Source of the DNA: Bacillota bacterium
GTDB lineage: Bacteria > Bacillota > Sulfobacillia > Fermentithermobacillales > Fermentithermobacillaceae
Direction of reading: 5' to 3'
Assembly (NCBI GenBank): GCA_040771825.1
Contig: JAXGZG010000005.1
Span: forward strand, 99,640 to 163,639
Length of the DNA: 64,000 bases
The position numbers were made by a program, and so were the translations under genes. Below the pieces are notes generated by a model. It saw only the letters and a list, made by a program, of their open reading frames with translations. It was not told the origin of the DNA and searched no databases. Of this stretch, positions 1 to 10,273 are shown one piece after another (positions within the stretch are counted from its first letter, which is position 1; each line of letters begins with the position of its first letter).

Positions 1-82
1 CGAGGCCAGCCCTCAACAACGAGCTTGTGATGCTGTCAAGAGACAGGTATTCGGGATTGAGGCGAGAGACCCCTGCAAACTG

Positions 83-931
83 CTAGATGCACAGGAACCC
101 AAGGAGCACCTCGAGCCTAACATATTCTGTGAAGAGCCCTTCAGGGTTCAGACTCAGCAGAGAGCTGCCTACGTCCGCCTCAAATGCCATCCGACGGTCA
201 CCCAGCACCAGCGGTGAGCAGAACGAAGTCGAGTACAGGTATCCAATGATTCCCTCAATTGTCCACTGCCGCCGGTATCGGAACACGTGAGTCCGGCAGG
301 GACCGAAGGGTGAACGGTCAATGAGAGTCTCGTGCCGAATCGGCGGGACAGTATACGTAGAGCTGCCTGCGCGACGCTCCTGACCAAGCCACCTCTGCAC
401 AACGGACTTGACCTCCTGGCACCAAGGGGTGTTATGCGTCCAGAGACTCCCAGCACTGGCCACAGCCAATCCTCCCCCCGGTTCGACCATCCCTGACAGC
501 GTTTCCAAGGTTGCCTCCCGATTCATCCAGTGAAAAGAACTGCCCATCGTAACGAGCCGGAACATTCCCAGTTGACCTTGCAGATCTGGTAGATCCGCCG
601 AGCTCCCAAGCACAAAGTCAACGTTGGTGACTCCTGCTTCTAGCGCCATTCGCCTCCCTTCGTCCAGCATTTCTGATTCGGGATCCATGGCGATGACTTT
701 GTGGAAATCCCCGGCAAGCGGAAGGGCTATCTGCCCCGTCCCGCACCCCAGATCGAGCAAGTGCCCTAGCCTGTCGAGTTTGAATTCACGTTTGAGAAAC
801 GCGAAGAAGCCGCCGGGATAACCCGGTCTGAACCTGGAGTAGTACTGGGCCGTCCCTTTGAAGGCGTCAGAATACTGGCGAACCACGGCTATCCCCCCTA
901 CCACGCAAACGGCATGGCTATTCGGTCCCAT
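83..931 (-). CDS. class I SAM-dependent methyltransferase
   Basis: 282-aa ORF with the SAM-binding glycine loop LLDLGCGTGQ followed by an acidic AMDPESEM strand, typical of Rossmann-fold small-molecule methyltransferases. Confidence 0.75.
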   Translation of the reverse strand: MGPNSHAVCVVGGIAVVRQYSDAFKGTAQYYSRFRPGYPGGFFAFLKREFKLDRLGHLLDLGCGTGQIALPLAGDFHKVIAMDPESEMLDEGRRMALEAGVTNVDFVLGSSADLPDLQGQLGMFRLVTMGSSFHWMNREATLETLSGMVEPGGGLAVASAGSLWTHNTPWCQEVKSVVQRWLGQERRAGSSTYTVPPIRHETLIDRSPFGPCRTHVFRYRRQWTIEGIIGYLYSTSFCSPLVLGDRRMAFEADVGSSLLSLNPEGLFTEYVRLEVLLGFLCI

Positions 932-1349
932 CCGTCATCAATTGGTTTTCACCGTTTCCCCAGATCCTCCTCCATTCTGCTGGCAAGTGGTCCCGTGAAT
1001 TGCCGGTCGCAACACCCTATCCTGGAAGTCTGACATGCTCTGCGATGGCCGATTCAAGAACTGCCCCCAACTTCCAGAAAACGGGCTGTCCGCTAGAGGA
1101 CTTCGCTCACTTCGCCTTGAATCTCACAACATTGGGAAATCCACCCAGCGAACTGAGGGATTTGGGTAGAGATTATTCGACCCGATCATCCAGACAAACG
1201 GTCAATGCCGGCATGCCTGTCCTGGAAAGCGGCAGAAAGGAGGTGGCTTTGACGGCTGGGTCCGTCCATCTTACGGGGCGTGCCCAGAGTCCTGGACGTC
1301 TTGGTGCGCGTCGACGAGTTTCGAATTTGCTATCAGGAGGAATGAGAGA

Positions 1350-2537
1350 ATGAAACGTTCACTGTTCCTGGCGGTAGTGCTATCGCTGCTCGTGATGTCG
1401 ATTGCGGGCTGTGGCAAACCCACTGCTCCGGATGCTCCGGCCGGCAATCCCGTTGTGAAAATTGGTGTATTTGAACCGGCGTCCGGTGACAACGGCGCAG
1501 GCGGAAAACAGGAAACCCTTGGCATACTGTATGCCAAACACGTACAGCCTACCGTCGAAATAGGCGGTAAGACATACGATGTCGAGCTTGTCACAGTCGA
1601 CAACGAGAGTTCCAATGAAAAGGCTGCCACTGCGGCAAGCACCTTGGTTTCCGCGGGGGTCTCGGTGGTCCTAGGTTCCTACGGTTCCGGCGTCTCCATC
1701 GCGGGCGGTCCCACCTTCAAAGCCGCCGACATCCCGGTGGTGGGTGTGACTTGCACAAACCCCGCAGTCACCCAGGGCAACACCTACTACTTCAGGATTT
1801 GCTTCCTGGATCCATTCCAGGGAACGGTTTTGGCCAACTACGCATTCGGTGAGTTGAACGCCAGAAAGGCTTACACCCTGTCAAAACTGGGCGATGACTA
1901 CTCGGGCGGACTGGTGAAGTACTTTGTGGAGGCCTTCAAGAAGCTCGGCGGGGAATGCGTTGAGGAAACATTCCCCGAAGGGACCAGCGACTTTGCCTCT
2001 TATGTGGCCAACGCGAAGAACAGTGGAGCAGGCGTGTTCTTCTCGCCCGTATCCACTGAGGCCGCGCAGCTCATCATCGACCAGGCAAACGCCCAGAAGC
2101 TGGGGATGCCTCTTTTGGCTGGCGATACTTGGGATTCCAACGTCGTCCTTGCCGCCGCCAAGGGCAAGGACGTCCAAGTGACGGTTACTACCTTCTATCC
2201 GGAGGGCGCCGTCCCGGAGTTTGACTCCGGCATCAAGAAGTGGATCAACGCCGACGCCACCCGCCTAGCCAACAACAACGGCAACGATACTGTTGCCGCG
2301 GTCACCGCCATGGGTTACGATGCCTACTTCTTCGCCCTTGAGGCGTTGAAGAAAGCCGGCAGCACAGACTCAAAGGCTGTGATGTCGACGTTGTGGAAAA
2401 CGGAATACACCGGAATTTCTGGAAAGATCGCGTTGGATCAGATAAACGGTGACGCCATCCGGAATACGGCCTATGTGAAGCAGGCTGACACCGCTACCGG
2501 TACTTGGAAGGCGTTGCCGGCCGTCACCATCAAATGA
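1350..2537 (+). CDS. branched-chain amino acid ABC transporter substrate-binding lipoprotein (LivJ/LivK-like)
   Basis: 395-aa ORF with a signal peptide ending in the lipobox IAGC. AGGAGGA Shine-Dalgarno (SD) upstream. Type I periplasmic-binding-protein-like sequence. It heads a livHMGF-type operon. Confidence 0.85.
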   Translation: MKRSLFLAVVLSLLVMSIAGCGKPTAPDAPAGNPVVKIGVFEPASGDNGAGGKQETLGILYAKHVQPTVEIGGKTYDVELVTVDNESSNEKAATAASTLVSAGVSVVLGSYGSGVSIAGGPTFKAADIPVVGVTCTNPAVTQGNTYYFRICFLDPFQGTVLANYAFGELNARKAYTLSKLGDDYSGGLVKYFVEAFKKLGGECVEETFPEGTSDFASYVANAKNSGAGVFFSPVSTEAAQLIIDQANAQKLGMPLLAGDTWDSNVVLAAAKGKDVQVTVTTFYPEGAVPEFDSGIKKWINADATRLANNNGNDTVAAVTAMGYDAYFFALEALKKAGSTDSKAVMSTLWKTEYTGISGKIALDQINGDAIRNTAYVKQADTATGTWKALPAVTIK

Positions 2538-2557
2538 CAACTGACTGAGAGGTCCAT

Positions 2558-2581
2558 GGCGGGGGTCGGGCAGCCCCCGCC
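2558..2581 (+). terminator. GC-rich hairpin between binding-protein and permease genes (possible attenuator)
   Basis: GGCGGGGG-8 nt-CCCCCGCC perfect 8-bp stem, 20 nt after the stop codon. No T-tract follows, so it is at most a partial terminator or stabiliser. Confidence 0.3.
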
Positions 2582-2617
2582 CAAATCCTGGGCGAGCGCC
2601 CAACGGAGGAGTAATCT

Positions 2618-3508
2618 ATGGGGTTCATCCGTGGCAATCTGGCCTACTTGTTGGCAGGGATCTCCGTAGGCGGCCAATATGCGTTGATCGCCATAGGCTA
2701 CACCATGGTCTACGGCGTTCTCAGGCTCATCAACTTCGCCCACGGCGATGTATTCATGTTTGCCGGTTTGATGATGGTTTATATGTCCGCAACCATGCCT
2801 TTATGGTTCAGTATGCTGCTGGTGCTGATATTTACGGTGGCTCTTGGCTTTGTCATAGAGACAGTGGCATACATGCCTCTTCTCACGGCTCCTCGCACAT
2901 CTATCATGATCAGCGCCATCGGCGTCTCCTACTTGCTGCAAAACTGCGCTCTGTACTTCACGGGCGGGCTCGCGAAAGTCTATCCTAGCATACCGTGGCT
3001 TGCCCAAACGGTCACCATATGGGGCGAGGCAACGAAAATGGTGACCCTCGTCACCCCGGTTCTGACCGTGGTCTTGGTTGTGATTCTGGTGCTCCTTATC
3101 AGGTATACCAAAGTGGGTATGGCTATGCGGGCCGTGTCCAAAGACTTCGAGACTAGCCGGCTGATGGGCATTAACATTAACTCCGTCATAGGCGTCACCT
3201 TCATAATTGGCTCGCTCCTAGCGGGCGTGGGCAGTCTTCTGTACTTCACAAACTATGCTTCGGTTACGCCGATCTCAGGCAGCGCGCCGGGCTTGAAGTG
3301 CTTCGTAGCTGCCGTGTTCGGGGGCATAGGCAGTATCCCGGGGGCTGTGGTCGGTTCCTTCATCATCGGCATCTCCGAAAACATGATTAAGAGCGGCGGC
3401 TCGAGTTGGACGACCTTTTCCGATGCGTTTACTTTCTTGCTGCTCATCACCATCCTGTTGGTGAAGCCCACCGGCCTATTCGGCGAAAAGACAACGGACA
3501 AGGTGTGA
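2618..3508 (+). CDS. livH: branched-chain amino acid ABC transporter permease
   Basis: 296-aa polytopic ORF. The N-terminus GGQYALIAIGYTMVYGVLRLINFAHGD is the classic LivH signature. Confidence 0.9.
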   Translation: MGFIRGNLAYLLAGISVGGQYALIAIGYTMVYGVLRLINFAHGDVFMFAGLMMVYMSATMPLWFSMLLVLIFTVALGFVIETVAYMPLLTAPRTSIMISAIGVSYLLQNCALYFTGGLAKVYPSIPWLAQTVTIWGEATKMVTLVTPVLTVVLVVILVLLIRYTKVGMAMRAVSKDFETSRLMGININSVIGVTFIIGSLLAGVGSLLYFTNYASVTPISGSAPGLKCFVAAVFGGIGSIPGAVVGSFIIGISENMIKSGGSSWTTFSDAFTFLLLITILLVKPTGLFGEKTTDKV

Positions 3509-3509
3509 G

Positions 3510-4664
3510 GTGACAAACATGACAGGCGCCGCCAGAAACACACCGAAGTCCTCGCACACCTTCCTTGCCCTTGCCTTATCCCTTACAGCTCTCCTCATTT
3601 TGGAGAAGACCCTTCCCGGCACATCCATGTTGTTCACAGTGCTAAAGAAGGGCGCCATCTACGCCTTGGTGGCCGTGTCGATGAACCTCTTAAACGGCTT
3701 CACAGGCCTATTTAGCCTGGGGCAGGCAGGTTTCATGTTGGTCGGCGCCTACACATACGCCATCCTCACCATTCCCCTTCAGGTCAAGATGGGTGATTCG
3801 GTCTACCGGTATTATGAATGCGCCATCCATTTTGATATGGGCATTTTCCCTGCGCTCCTATCGGCAGGCTTGATTGCGGCGGTGTTCGCAGGGCTCATCG
3901 GGCTGCCTGTTCTTAGGCTCAAGTCGGACTACTTGGCCATAGCGACGTTGGGTTTCGCCGAGATCATCCGCTCCATTGTGCAGTGGGATAAGCTCGGCCC
4001 TGTGACAAACGGGGCCAACGTCCTGCGCAACTACCTAGACCTTACGACGCTGAAGATCCCGTTCACCGAGATTCCTTTCCCGCCAACTACCTTCGTCTTT
4101 CTAGTATCAGGCCTCTGCATCGCATTTATAGTCTTGGTGATAAACTCCTCCTACGGACGGGCTTTCAAGGCTATCCGCGACGACGAGATCACAGCGGAAG
4201 CCATGGGGATAAACCTATTCTGGCATAAAGAACTAAGCTTCATCGTGAGTTCCTTCTTCGCAGGAATCTCGGGTGGGCTCCTGGCCATGTTCCAGTACAC
4301 TGTGCAGGCCGCGCAGTTTCGGAGCGCAATGACTTACGAGATCCTGCTCATCGTCGTCATGGGCGGCATAGGCTCCATATCCGGCAGTTGCCTCGCTAGT
4401 TTCCTGTTCATCGCGTCCTCAGAGTGGTGGCTGCGGGGTCTGGACATGGGTAAATTCCTTGGCATCTCCGCCCCAACCCTGTTCCGTTCGGGTTTTCGCA
4501 AGCTAGTGTTTTCCGTCGTCATCATGATCATAGTCCTGTTCTTCCGCAGGGGCATTATGGGCGACAGGGAGCTTTCATGGGCATTCATTAGGGGATTGGC
4601 TAGACGCCCTCTCAGCTTCTTCGGCCGCAAGAGAAAAGAGAGGGAGGCGCAAAGCAATGGCTGA
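3510..4664 (+). CDS. livM: branched-chain amino acid ABC transporter permease
   Basis: 384-aa polytopic ORF starting 2 nt after livH. Contains the LNGFTGLFSLGQAGFMLVGAY LivM-type motif. Confidence 0.9.
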   Translation: MTNMTGAARNTPKSSHTFLALALSLTALLILEKTLPGTSMLFTVLKKGAIYALVAVSMNLLNGFTGLFSLGQAGFMLVGAYTYAILTIPLQVKMGDSVYRYYECAIHFDMGIFPALLSAGLIAAVFAGLIGLPVLRLKSDYLAIATLGFAEIIRSIVQWDKLGPVTNGANVLRNYLDLTTLKIPFTEIPFPPTTFVFLVSGLCIAFIVLVINSSYGRAFKAIRDDEITAEAMGINLFWHKELSFIVSSFFAGISGGLLAMFQYTVQAAQFRSAMTYEILLIVVMGGIGSISGSCLASFLFIASSEWWLRGLDMGKFLGISAPTLFRSGFRKLVFSVVIMIIVLFFRRGIMGDRELSWAFIRGLARRPLSFFGRKRKEREAQSNG

Positions 4665-5505
4665 TGTGGTGCTTCGCCTTGACGACCTCAGTATGCAATT
4701 CGGCGGCGTCGTTGCGGTCAACAACCTGAATGCGGAGGTGCATGAAGGCGAGATCGTGGCGCTCATAGGTCCAAACGGCGCAGGAAAGACGACGGCATTC
4801 AACTGTATAACCGGCGTCTACGAGCCGACCAATGGCATGGTGAGTTTCAACGGCAAGCCTATCGTATTGAATCATCCGCGCGGAAGAATGGCCAAACTCT
4901 ATGCGGGTGAGAACCCTGGCAAGTACGCATCAGCTCGGTCGATTACGCCGACCCCTGATGAGGTAACGAAACTCGGCATCGCCCGGACCTTCCAGAACAT
5001 CCGGCTCTGGAAGAGCATGACCGTGTTGGATAATGTGCTCACCGCAAAGCATATGCGGGCCAGACACAATTTCCTGTCCGCCGCCTTCCGCCTGACGTAC
5101 AGGGAAGAGAACAGAATGAGGTCGGAAGCCACTGCCCTCTTGGAAGAGCAGAATCTCGCCCAGTACAAAAACGAACTGGCCACAAGCCTACCGTACGGAT
5201 TGCAGCGCCGCTTGGAGATAGCTCGTGCGTTAGCAACCGGCCCCAAGCTCCTGCTGCTGGACGAACCGGCGGCGGGCATGAACCCGCTGGAGACAAGGGA
5301 GTTGGGCCAGTTTATCGTGGAGATCAAGAGAAGATATGCGCTGACAATCTTCATGATCGAACACCATATGGACTTGGTGATGCAGTTTTCGGACCGCATC
5401 TATGTGATCGATTTTGGCAAACTCATAAGCACCGGAACGCCAGGCGAGATCCAAAGCGATCAGCGTGTGATCGACGCCTACCTGGGGGTGGCCGCTGATG
5501 CCTGA
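4657..5505 (+). CDS. livG: branched-chain amino acid ABC transporter ATP-binding protein
   Basis: Walker A GPNGAGKTT, signature LPYGLQRRLEIA, Walker B LLLLDEPAAG. Overlaps livM by 8 nt. Confidence 0.9.
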   Translation: MADVVLRLDDLSMQFGGVVAVNNLNAEVHEGEIVALIGPNGAGKTTAFNCITGVYEPTNGMVSFNGKPIVLNHPRGRMAKLYAGENPGKYASARSITPTPDEVTKLGIARTFQNIRLWKSMTVLDNVLTAKHMRARHNFLSAAFRLTYREENRMRSEATALLEEQNLAQYKNELATSLPYGLQRRLEIARALATGPKLLLLDEPAAGMNPLETRELGQFIVEIKRRYALTIFMIEHHMDLVMQFSDRIYVIDFGKLISTGTPGEIQSDQRVIDAYLGVAADA

Positions 5506-6208
5506 AGCAGTGCTGACCATTGACGGTCTGAGAGTCAACTACGGCGGCATCGAGGCCGTGAAGGGCATTTCCTTTGAGGTTCCCAAGGGCGACATCGTAA
5601 CGCTAATAGGCGCCAATGGTGCAGGCAAAAGCACGACGTTGCGTGCTATCGCGGGTCTTGTTAGACCTAGAAGCGGGACGGTCGAATTCCTGGGCGAGGA
5701 TATCACTGGAAGGGACCCAACCGCTATAGTCAGGCGGGGCATCACCATGGTCCCGGAAGGTAGGCGCATATTTCCAAACCTCACCGTGCTGGAAAATTTG
5801 AAAATGGGCGCTTACGTGCGAAACGACGATCTTAGTGGTGATATCCGCTGGGTATACGACCTTTTTCCGCGCCTAAGAGAGCGCTCTTGGCAGATAGGCG
5901 GCACCCTTTCCGGTGGCGAGCAGCAGATGCTTGCCGTAGGTCGGGCTCTCATGAGCCGCCCAATACTGATGATGATGGACGAACCGAGTTTGGGGCTAGC
6001 GCCTTTGGTGGTGCAGAACATCTTTTCGATCATCCGCGAGATCAATAAACAGGGGGTGACCATCCTGCTCATCGAGCAGAACGCCAATATGGCGCTGAAG
6101 ACCGCGCAAACCGGACATGTTCTGGAGACCGGCCGCATGACTCTATCGGGCGCGGGAGAGGCACTTTTGGAGAACGCCGCAGTAAGGGCGGCTTACCTTG
6201 GGAAATGA
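5498..6208 (+). CDS. livF: branched-chain amino acid ABC transporter ATP-binding protein
   Basis: Walker A GANGAGKST, signature LSGGEQQMLAV, Walker B ILMMMDEPSLG. Overlaps livG by 8 nt. Confidence 0.9.
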   Translation: MPEAVLTIDGLRVNYGGIEAVKGISFEVPKGDIVTLIGANGAGKSTTLRAIAGLVRPRSGTVEFLGEDITGRDPTAIVRRGITMVPEGRRIFPNLTVLENLKMGAYVRNDDLSGDIRWVYDLFPRLRERSWQIGGTLSGGEQQMLAVGRALMSRPILMMMDEPSLGLAPLVVQNIFSIIREINKQGVTILLIEQNANMALKTAQTGHVLETGRMTLSGAGEALLENAAVRAAYLGK

Positions 6209-6219
6209 ACTAGTCAGCG

Positions 6220-7449
6220 TTAGCGGTGCGGTGATTCCTGCACTCCAAGCAGCCAATCAAGCAAGTTGACCTTCCGAATGCCTTGGTAATTCGCTTCCCC
6301 GAAGACCTCATCAAGCGTCAACAGATACTTGGGATGGTTGTCTGGGATTCTCCTTAGCGGCGCAAGTTCACGGCGCAGGACACTCTCATCCAGGGTAGTC
6401 GCGGCTACCTGGAAGTAGGAGGTCTTATTCGGAGCAACAGCCACTAAATCCACCTCACTGTCACCCATCTCGCCCACGCACACTTCGCATCCCCGTCGTA
6501 GTAGTTCCAGATACACGACGTTTTCCAGTATGTGCCCTATGTCGCTCTCACTGCTTGCCACTAAGGCGTTGCGCAGAGCGATATCCACGGCAAAGTACTT
6601 GCTCTGCGTGGTGAGGTACTGCTTTCCTTTGATGTTGTAGCGCCGCGCTTCATACAGCAGCATGGCATCGGTCAAGCCTCTGATGTACCTATCTACTGTT
6701 TTCTGGTCCACGCCCTTGCCCGCGGACTTCATCGTATTAGCGATTTTCGTGGGTGAGACCTTATTACCTATGTTGTGCAAGAGAAACCTCGTGACATTCT
6801 CAAGGCTGGTCACATCGGATATCCTCAATCGGGCCACAACATCCTTGAGCAGTACTGTATTGTAAATATCCCGGATATACTCCCTCGCTTCACGCTCGCC
6901 CAAGTTAAATCTCACTGTGTAGGGGAAGGAGCCAAGCGCCAGATAAGCGTTGAAACGCTGGCCTTTGGAAAGCTCACGAGTTCGGAGACCGGAACTGAAT
7001 TCCTGGAAGGATAGCGGGAGCATCCTAAGTTCCACATACCGGCCCGACAACATCGTCGCGAGCTCACCCGACATGAAATAGGCGTTGGAGCCTGTTATAT
7101 ATAGGTCCACATTAGGTTTGATGAAAAGACTATCCACGGCCTTCTCAAAACCCGTTACGTACTGGATCTCGTCCAGGAAAACGTAGGTCATCTTCTCTGG
7201 AACGAGCAGAGGCTTCACGTACTCATACAGAAGCCGGTAATCGGTCAGATGCCCAAATTCGATATCCTCGAAGTTGATGGCCACGATCTGCCGCTCATCT
7301 ACGCCGTTTTTGAGGAGGTAATCACGGTAGATGTCGAACATCGTGGACTTCCCGCAACGACGGACGCCGGACACAATCTTGATGATGTCCCGCTCTCGCC
7401 AACGAATGAGCCAATCAAGATACTGTTTGCGTTCTATAAATTCCACCAT
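6220..7449 (-). CDS. AAA-family ATPase with DUF4143-type C-terminal domain
   Basis: 409-aa ORF. Has the P-loop GVRRCGKST, Walker B YVFLDEIQY, and the C-terminal layout typical of the widespread ATPase/DUF4143 family. Confidence 0.75.
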   Translation of the reverse strand: MVEFIERKQYLDWLIRWRERDIIKIVSGVRRCGKSTMFDIYRDYLLKNGVDERQIVAINFEDIEFGHLTDYRLLYEYVKPLLVPEKMTYVFLDEIQYVTGFEKAVDSLFIKPNVDLYITGSNAYFMSGELATMLSGRYVELRMLPLSFQEFSSGLRTRELSKGQRFNAYLALGSFPYTVRFNLGEREAREYIRDIYNTVLLKDVVARLRISDVTSLENVTRFLLHNIGNKVSPTKIANTMKSAGKGVDQKTVDRYIRGLTDAMLLYEARRYNIKGKQYLTTQSKYFAVDIALRNALVASSESDIGHILENVVYLELLRRGCEVCVGEMGDSEVDLVAVAPNKTSYFQVAATTLDESVLRRELAPLRRIPDNHPKYLLTLDEVFGEANYQGIRKVNLLDWLLGVQESPHR

Positions 7450-7832
7450 GAATCACCCCCTTCAATTATGTGGAGTATATTCCTGAAATATGCCCGAGTC
7501 AACAGATTTACGGATTGCATTCCGTGCCCTCCGTAACCTGGGATGCTATAGACCAGTTCTCATAATCTTCTTTCGCTTGCTCGCTCTCGCCAAGCCGTCA
7601 GGCAGAGGGTTGCTCAAGACTACGCTCAGATCCGGATCAGCCAGGTCATCGGCTGGTTCGACAGGTTCTCCGTCTAGCAGCCCCTCGCCCGTCTCTGCCT
7701 GGGATCCGAACAAGGAAGCGAGTGAAACGCCATGTACAAGGGTCAAGGAGAACCCAGCCTTCTTTCGACAGATAAGGCGAACTGAGCGTGATATGTATCT
7801 ATCACTATGGACTTTGGGGAGGCGAGTGAATC

Positions 7833-8717
7833 TTGAGGAGACGGCTTTCTTGGCTTATTGTGTTCGTCCTGTTGTTCATGACCCCAACGGTAGCCCTGGC
7901 AGGTGCAAATGATACCCGTTCGAGAAGTCTGAAGAAGAACGATGCAATCGTGAAGCAAATTGCGGCTGGTAGTGATTATCTGGTTGGCGGGGGAGTACCC
8001 TTCGACGGCTCTACAGAATCCCAGGGTGAGCTTTCCATTCAGTGGGCAAGCGGGGGAGTAAATCACTCTCATCAGTATTTGACATCACGAGCCTTAACAA
8101 TACTGAAAAACGACAAGGGTGACACGACCGCCAATCTGCTTATCAAGTACGCCAGCATCCTATTGTCTAATTCTGACTGGCCCGACAGTTATGAAAAGGA
8201 CTTTGGCCTCTATCTCGGCCACTTCTATAATCCAGACACAGGAAGAACTATACTTGGTCTATCCAAACCCACCGCCATGAGCCGGTTTTTGGATCATACA
8301 CAGAAAGCAGCAACATACTACGCTAAGAACAAGAACGTCTCTATGCAGGAACTTGGTCGTGCTCTGCATTACCTGGCAGACATAAATACTCCGCACCATG
8401 CTGCCCTGTTAACAGCACTGAATTCTAACCACACGGCTTTCGAACAATTTGTTGACTCAACTCGCCTCGACTATTGTGTAGACACAACAAGCAAGTATAG
8501 TGGCCTGACTAGCGCAGATGCCGCAACCGATCTCAAGGGGTATTCTAGGGAAATCGTCAACTTGTCCGCAAGGTATGCCCTAAAATATAGAACTCAGGCA
8601 GCCTCAGGATCCGTTGAGGATATGCAGACTGCCGCCAAGGCCACTATGGAGTATTCCCAGGAGATCATGGCTGCGTTTCTTTTCAATTTCCTAAGAGCCG
8701 TCAAGGCTGTCAAATGA
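7833..8717 (+). CDS. secreted zinc-dependent phospholipase C family protein
   Basis: TTG start after a GGGGAGG SD. Signal peptide LIVFVLLFMTPTVALAGA. Zn-ligand-like motifs HSHQYLT and LHYLADINTPHHA. Confidence 0.65.
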   Translation: MRRRLSWLIVFVLLFMTPTVALAGANDTRSRSLKKNDAIVKQIAAGSDYLVGGGVPFDGSTESQGELSIQWASGGVNHSHQYLTSRALTILKNDKGDTTANLLIKYASILLSNSDWPDSYEKDFGLYLGHFYNPDTGRTILGLSKPTAMSRFLDHTQKAATYYAKNKNVSMQELGRALHYLADINTPHHAALLTALNSNHTAFEQFVDSTRLDYCVDTTSKYSGLTSADAATDLKGYSREIVNLSARYALKYRTQAASGSVEDMQTAAKATMEYSQEIMAAFLFNFLRAVKAVK

Positions 8718-8756
8718 GAGTGCGTATTCGGCTTCGAACCGTGGAGCGTGCAGATT

Positions 8757-8787
8757 CCGGGGGAGACTCCTTGGGGGCTCCCCCCGG
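8757..8787 (+). terminator. putative intrinsic terminator after the phospholipase C gene
   Basis: CCGGGGGAG...CTCCCCCCGG imperfect GC stem followed by TTCTTCGG. The T-tract is weak. Confidence 0.35.
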
Positions 8788-9017
8788 TTCTTCGGTACCC
8801 CACTGCTGGCTAGGCTGTCGTTGAAACAGTACCACCGAGGAAGGGAAACTAACCGGCGCCGAGAAATTCCCAAATAGGATTCCGGCAGGGCATCGGGTCC
8901 CCTTACGGACGTCGAGGAGTTCTTGCGTCAGATGCAGCGATTGGCGGGTGGATCACTCTGATGGTACAGCGCCTCCAAGCGGCAGCCCAACTAGATAGCA
9001 TGAGGGGACGGTTTCAG

Positions 9018-9731
9018 ATGAAGATCTCGTACGTCGGCCATAGCGGATTTCTGGTGGAGTGGGAAGCCTGCTACTGGCTTTTTGATTATCACACCGGAGA
9101 TATACCGCAGATGGATGAGGAGAAAAAGGTCTTCGTGTTTGTGAGCCACAAACACGGGGATCACCTAAACCCAAGAGTTTTCGATCTGCGTCATGAATAC
9201 CCCAATATCGAATACGTGCTGTCCTCGGATATCGAGGTGCCGCAGGGAGACTGGGTTTCCAAGCAAGTTACACGTGTGGAGCCCGAAAAGCGATATGAGC
9301 TATGCGACGGCGATAGCCAGATGGTTCTTCTAGCGACGCTCAGATCAACGGACTTGGGCGTCGCGTTTCTTCTGAGCTACCTCGGGAAAACCGTGTATCA
9401 TGCGGGCGATTTGAATCTCTGGATGTGGAAAGAGGAAACAAAACAGTACAACGAAGACATGGCGGCCGCGTTTAGGGAACAGATGAATCACCTGAAGGGT
9501 ATTGCCATCGACGTAGCGTTTGTCCCCCTTGACCCCAGGCAAGAGGAGTATTACTACTTAGGTCTGGAGGCTCTCTTGAACACAGCAAAGGTCAAGCGCG
9601 TGTTCCCCATGCATTTTGGCAGTGAGTTCTCGGTGATCGAGCGATACAAGATGAAAAGGGCAGCGAACCCTAGTGGAACGATTATCATGGATATCAGGCA
9701 AGCTGGGAAAGAGTGGGAGATCGATCTTTAG
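9018..9731 (+). CDS. MBL-fold metallo-hydrolase
   Basis: Internal ATG at 9018 preceded by a GAGGGGA SD. Sequence MKISYVGHSGF..., with the HxHxDH motif SHKHGDH. Confidence 0.8.
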   Translation: MKISYVGHSGFLVEWEACYWLFDYHTGDIPQMDEEKKVFVFVSHKHGDHLNPRVFDLRHEYPNIEYVLSSDIEVPQGDWVSKQVTRVEPEKRYELCDGDSQMVLLATLRSTDLGVAFLLSYLGKTVYHAGDLNLWMWKEETKQYNEDMAAAFREQMNHLKGIAIDVAFVPLDPRQEEYYYLGLEALLNTAKVKRVFPMHFGSEFSVIERYKMKRAANPSGTIIMDIRQAGKEWEIDL

Positions 9732-9751
9732 CGAAGAAAGGACGGATCTTC

Positions 9752-10123
9752 ATGAAGTTCAAAATGGTTCACGAGAACTATAACGTCTTCGACCTTGAGA
9801 GATCGCTGCGGTTCTACGAACAAGCGTTAGGCCTCACCGAAAAGAAGAGGATAACTGCCAAAGATGGCTCTTTTGTCATCGTATACGTCGGAAACGATAC
9901 GACGGATTTCCTGTTGGAACTGACTTGGCTTAGGGACCGGGATAGGCCGTATGAACTTGGGGACAACGAGTTCCATCTAGCGTTCAGAACGAGCCTTTTC
10001 CAAGAGGCGCACGCGCTCCACAAGGAAATGGGATGCATTTGTTATGAAAACCAGCAGATGGGCATCTATTTCATAGAAGATCCCGATGGATATTGGTTGG
10101 AGATCGTACCTGAAAGGCGGTAA
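9752..10123 (+). CDS. VOC family protein / lactoylglutathione lyase-like
   Basis: ATG at 9752 after AAAGGACGG. Glyoxalase-I-like N-terminus NVFDLERSLRFYEQALGL and C-terminal DPDGYWLEIV. Confidence 0.8.
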   Translation: MKFKMVHENYNVFDLERSLRFYEQALGLTEKKRITAKDGSFVIVYVGNDTTDFLLELTWLRDRDRPYELGDNEFHLAFRTSLFQEAHALHKEMGCICYENQQMGIYFIEDPDGYWLEIVPERR

Positions 10124-10273
10124 ATCGGGTGGGGCTGGCCCGGGCGGCGCTCATCCTGAAGCTCAATGAGGTCAAACTTGGCGTGGGCACCAAACGTTTC
10201 AGGCATTCCGCGGCATTGTACCACCACCTGCCGGCCCGTATGCCTGATCCCCAAATCCGACTCTTCGACTCTT

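Noticed and set aside
932-1349. 418-bp leader upstream of the liv-type operon, examined for a T-box, riboswitch or leader peptide.
   Set aside because: I could not find a T-box consensus, a specifier-loop layout or any riboswitch core I recognise. Only short hairpins are present. A covariance-model scan (Rfam/Infernal) would be needed.
7546-7746. 66-aa acidic ORF on the minus strand upstream of the DUF4143 ATPase gene.
   Set aside because: No SD and no motif. It overlaps a longer plus-strand ORF of equally poor quality, so I left it uncalled.
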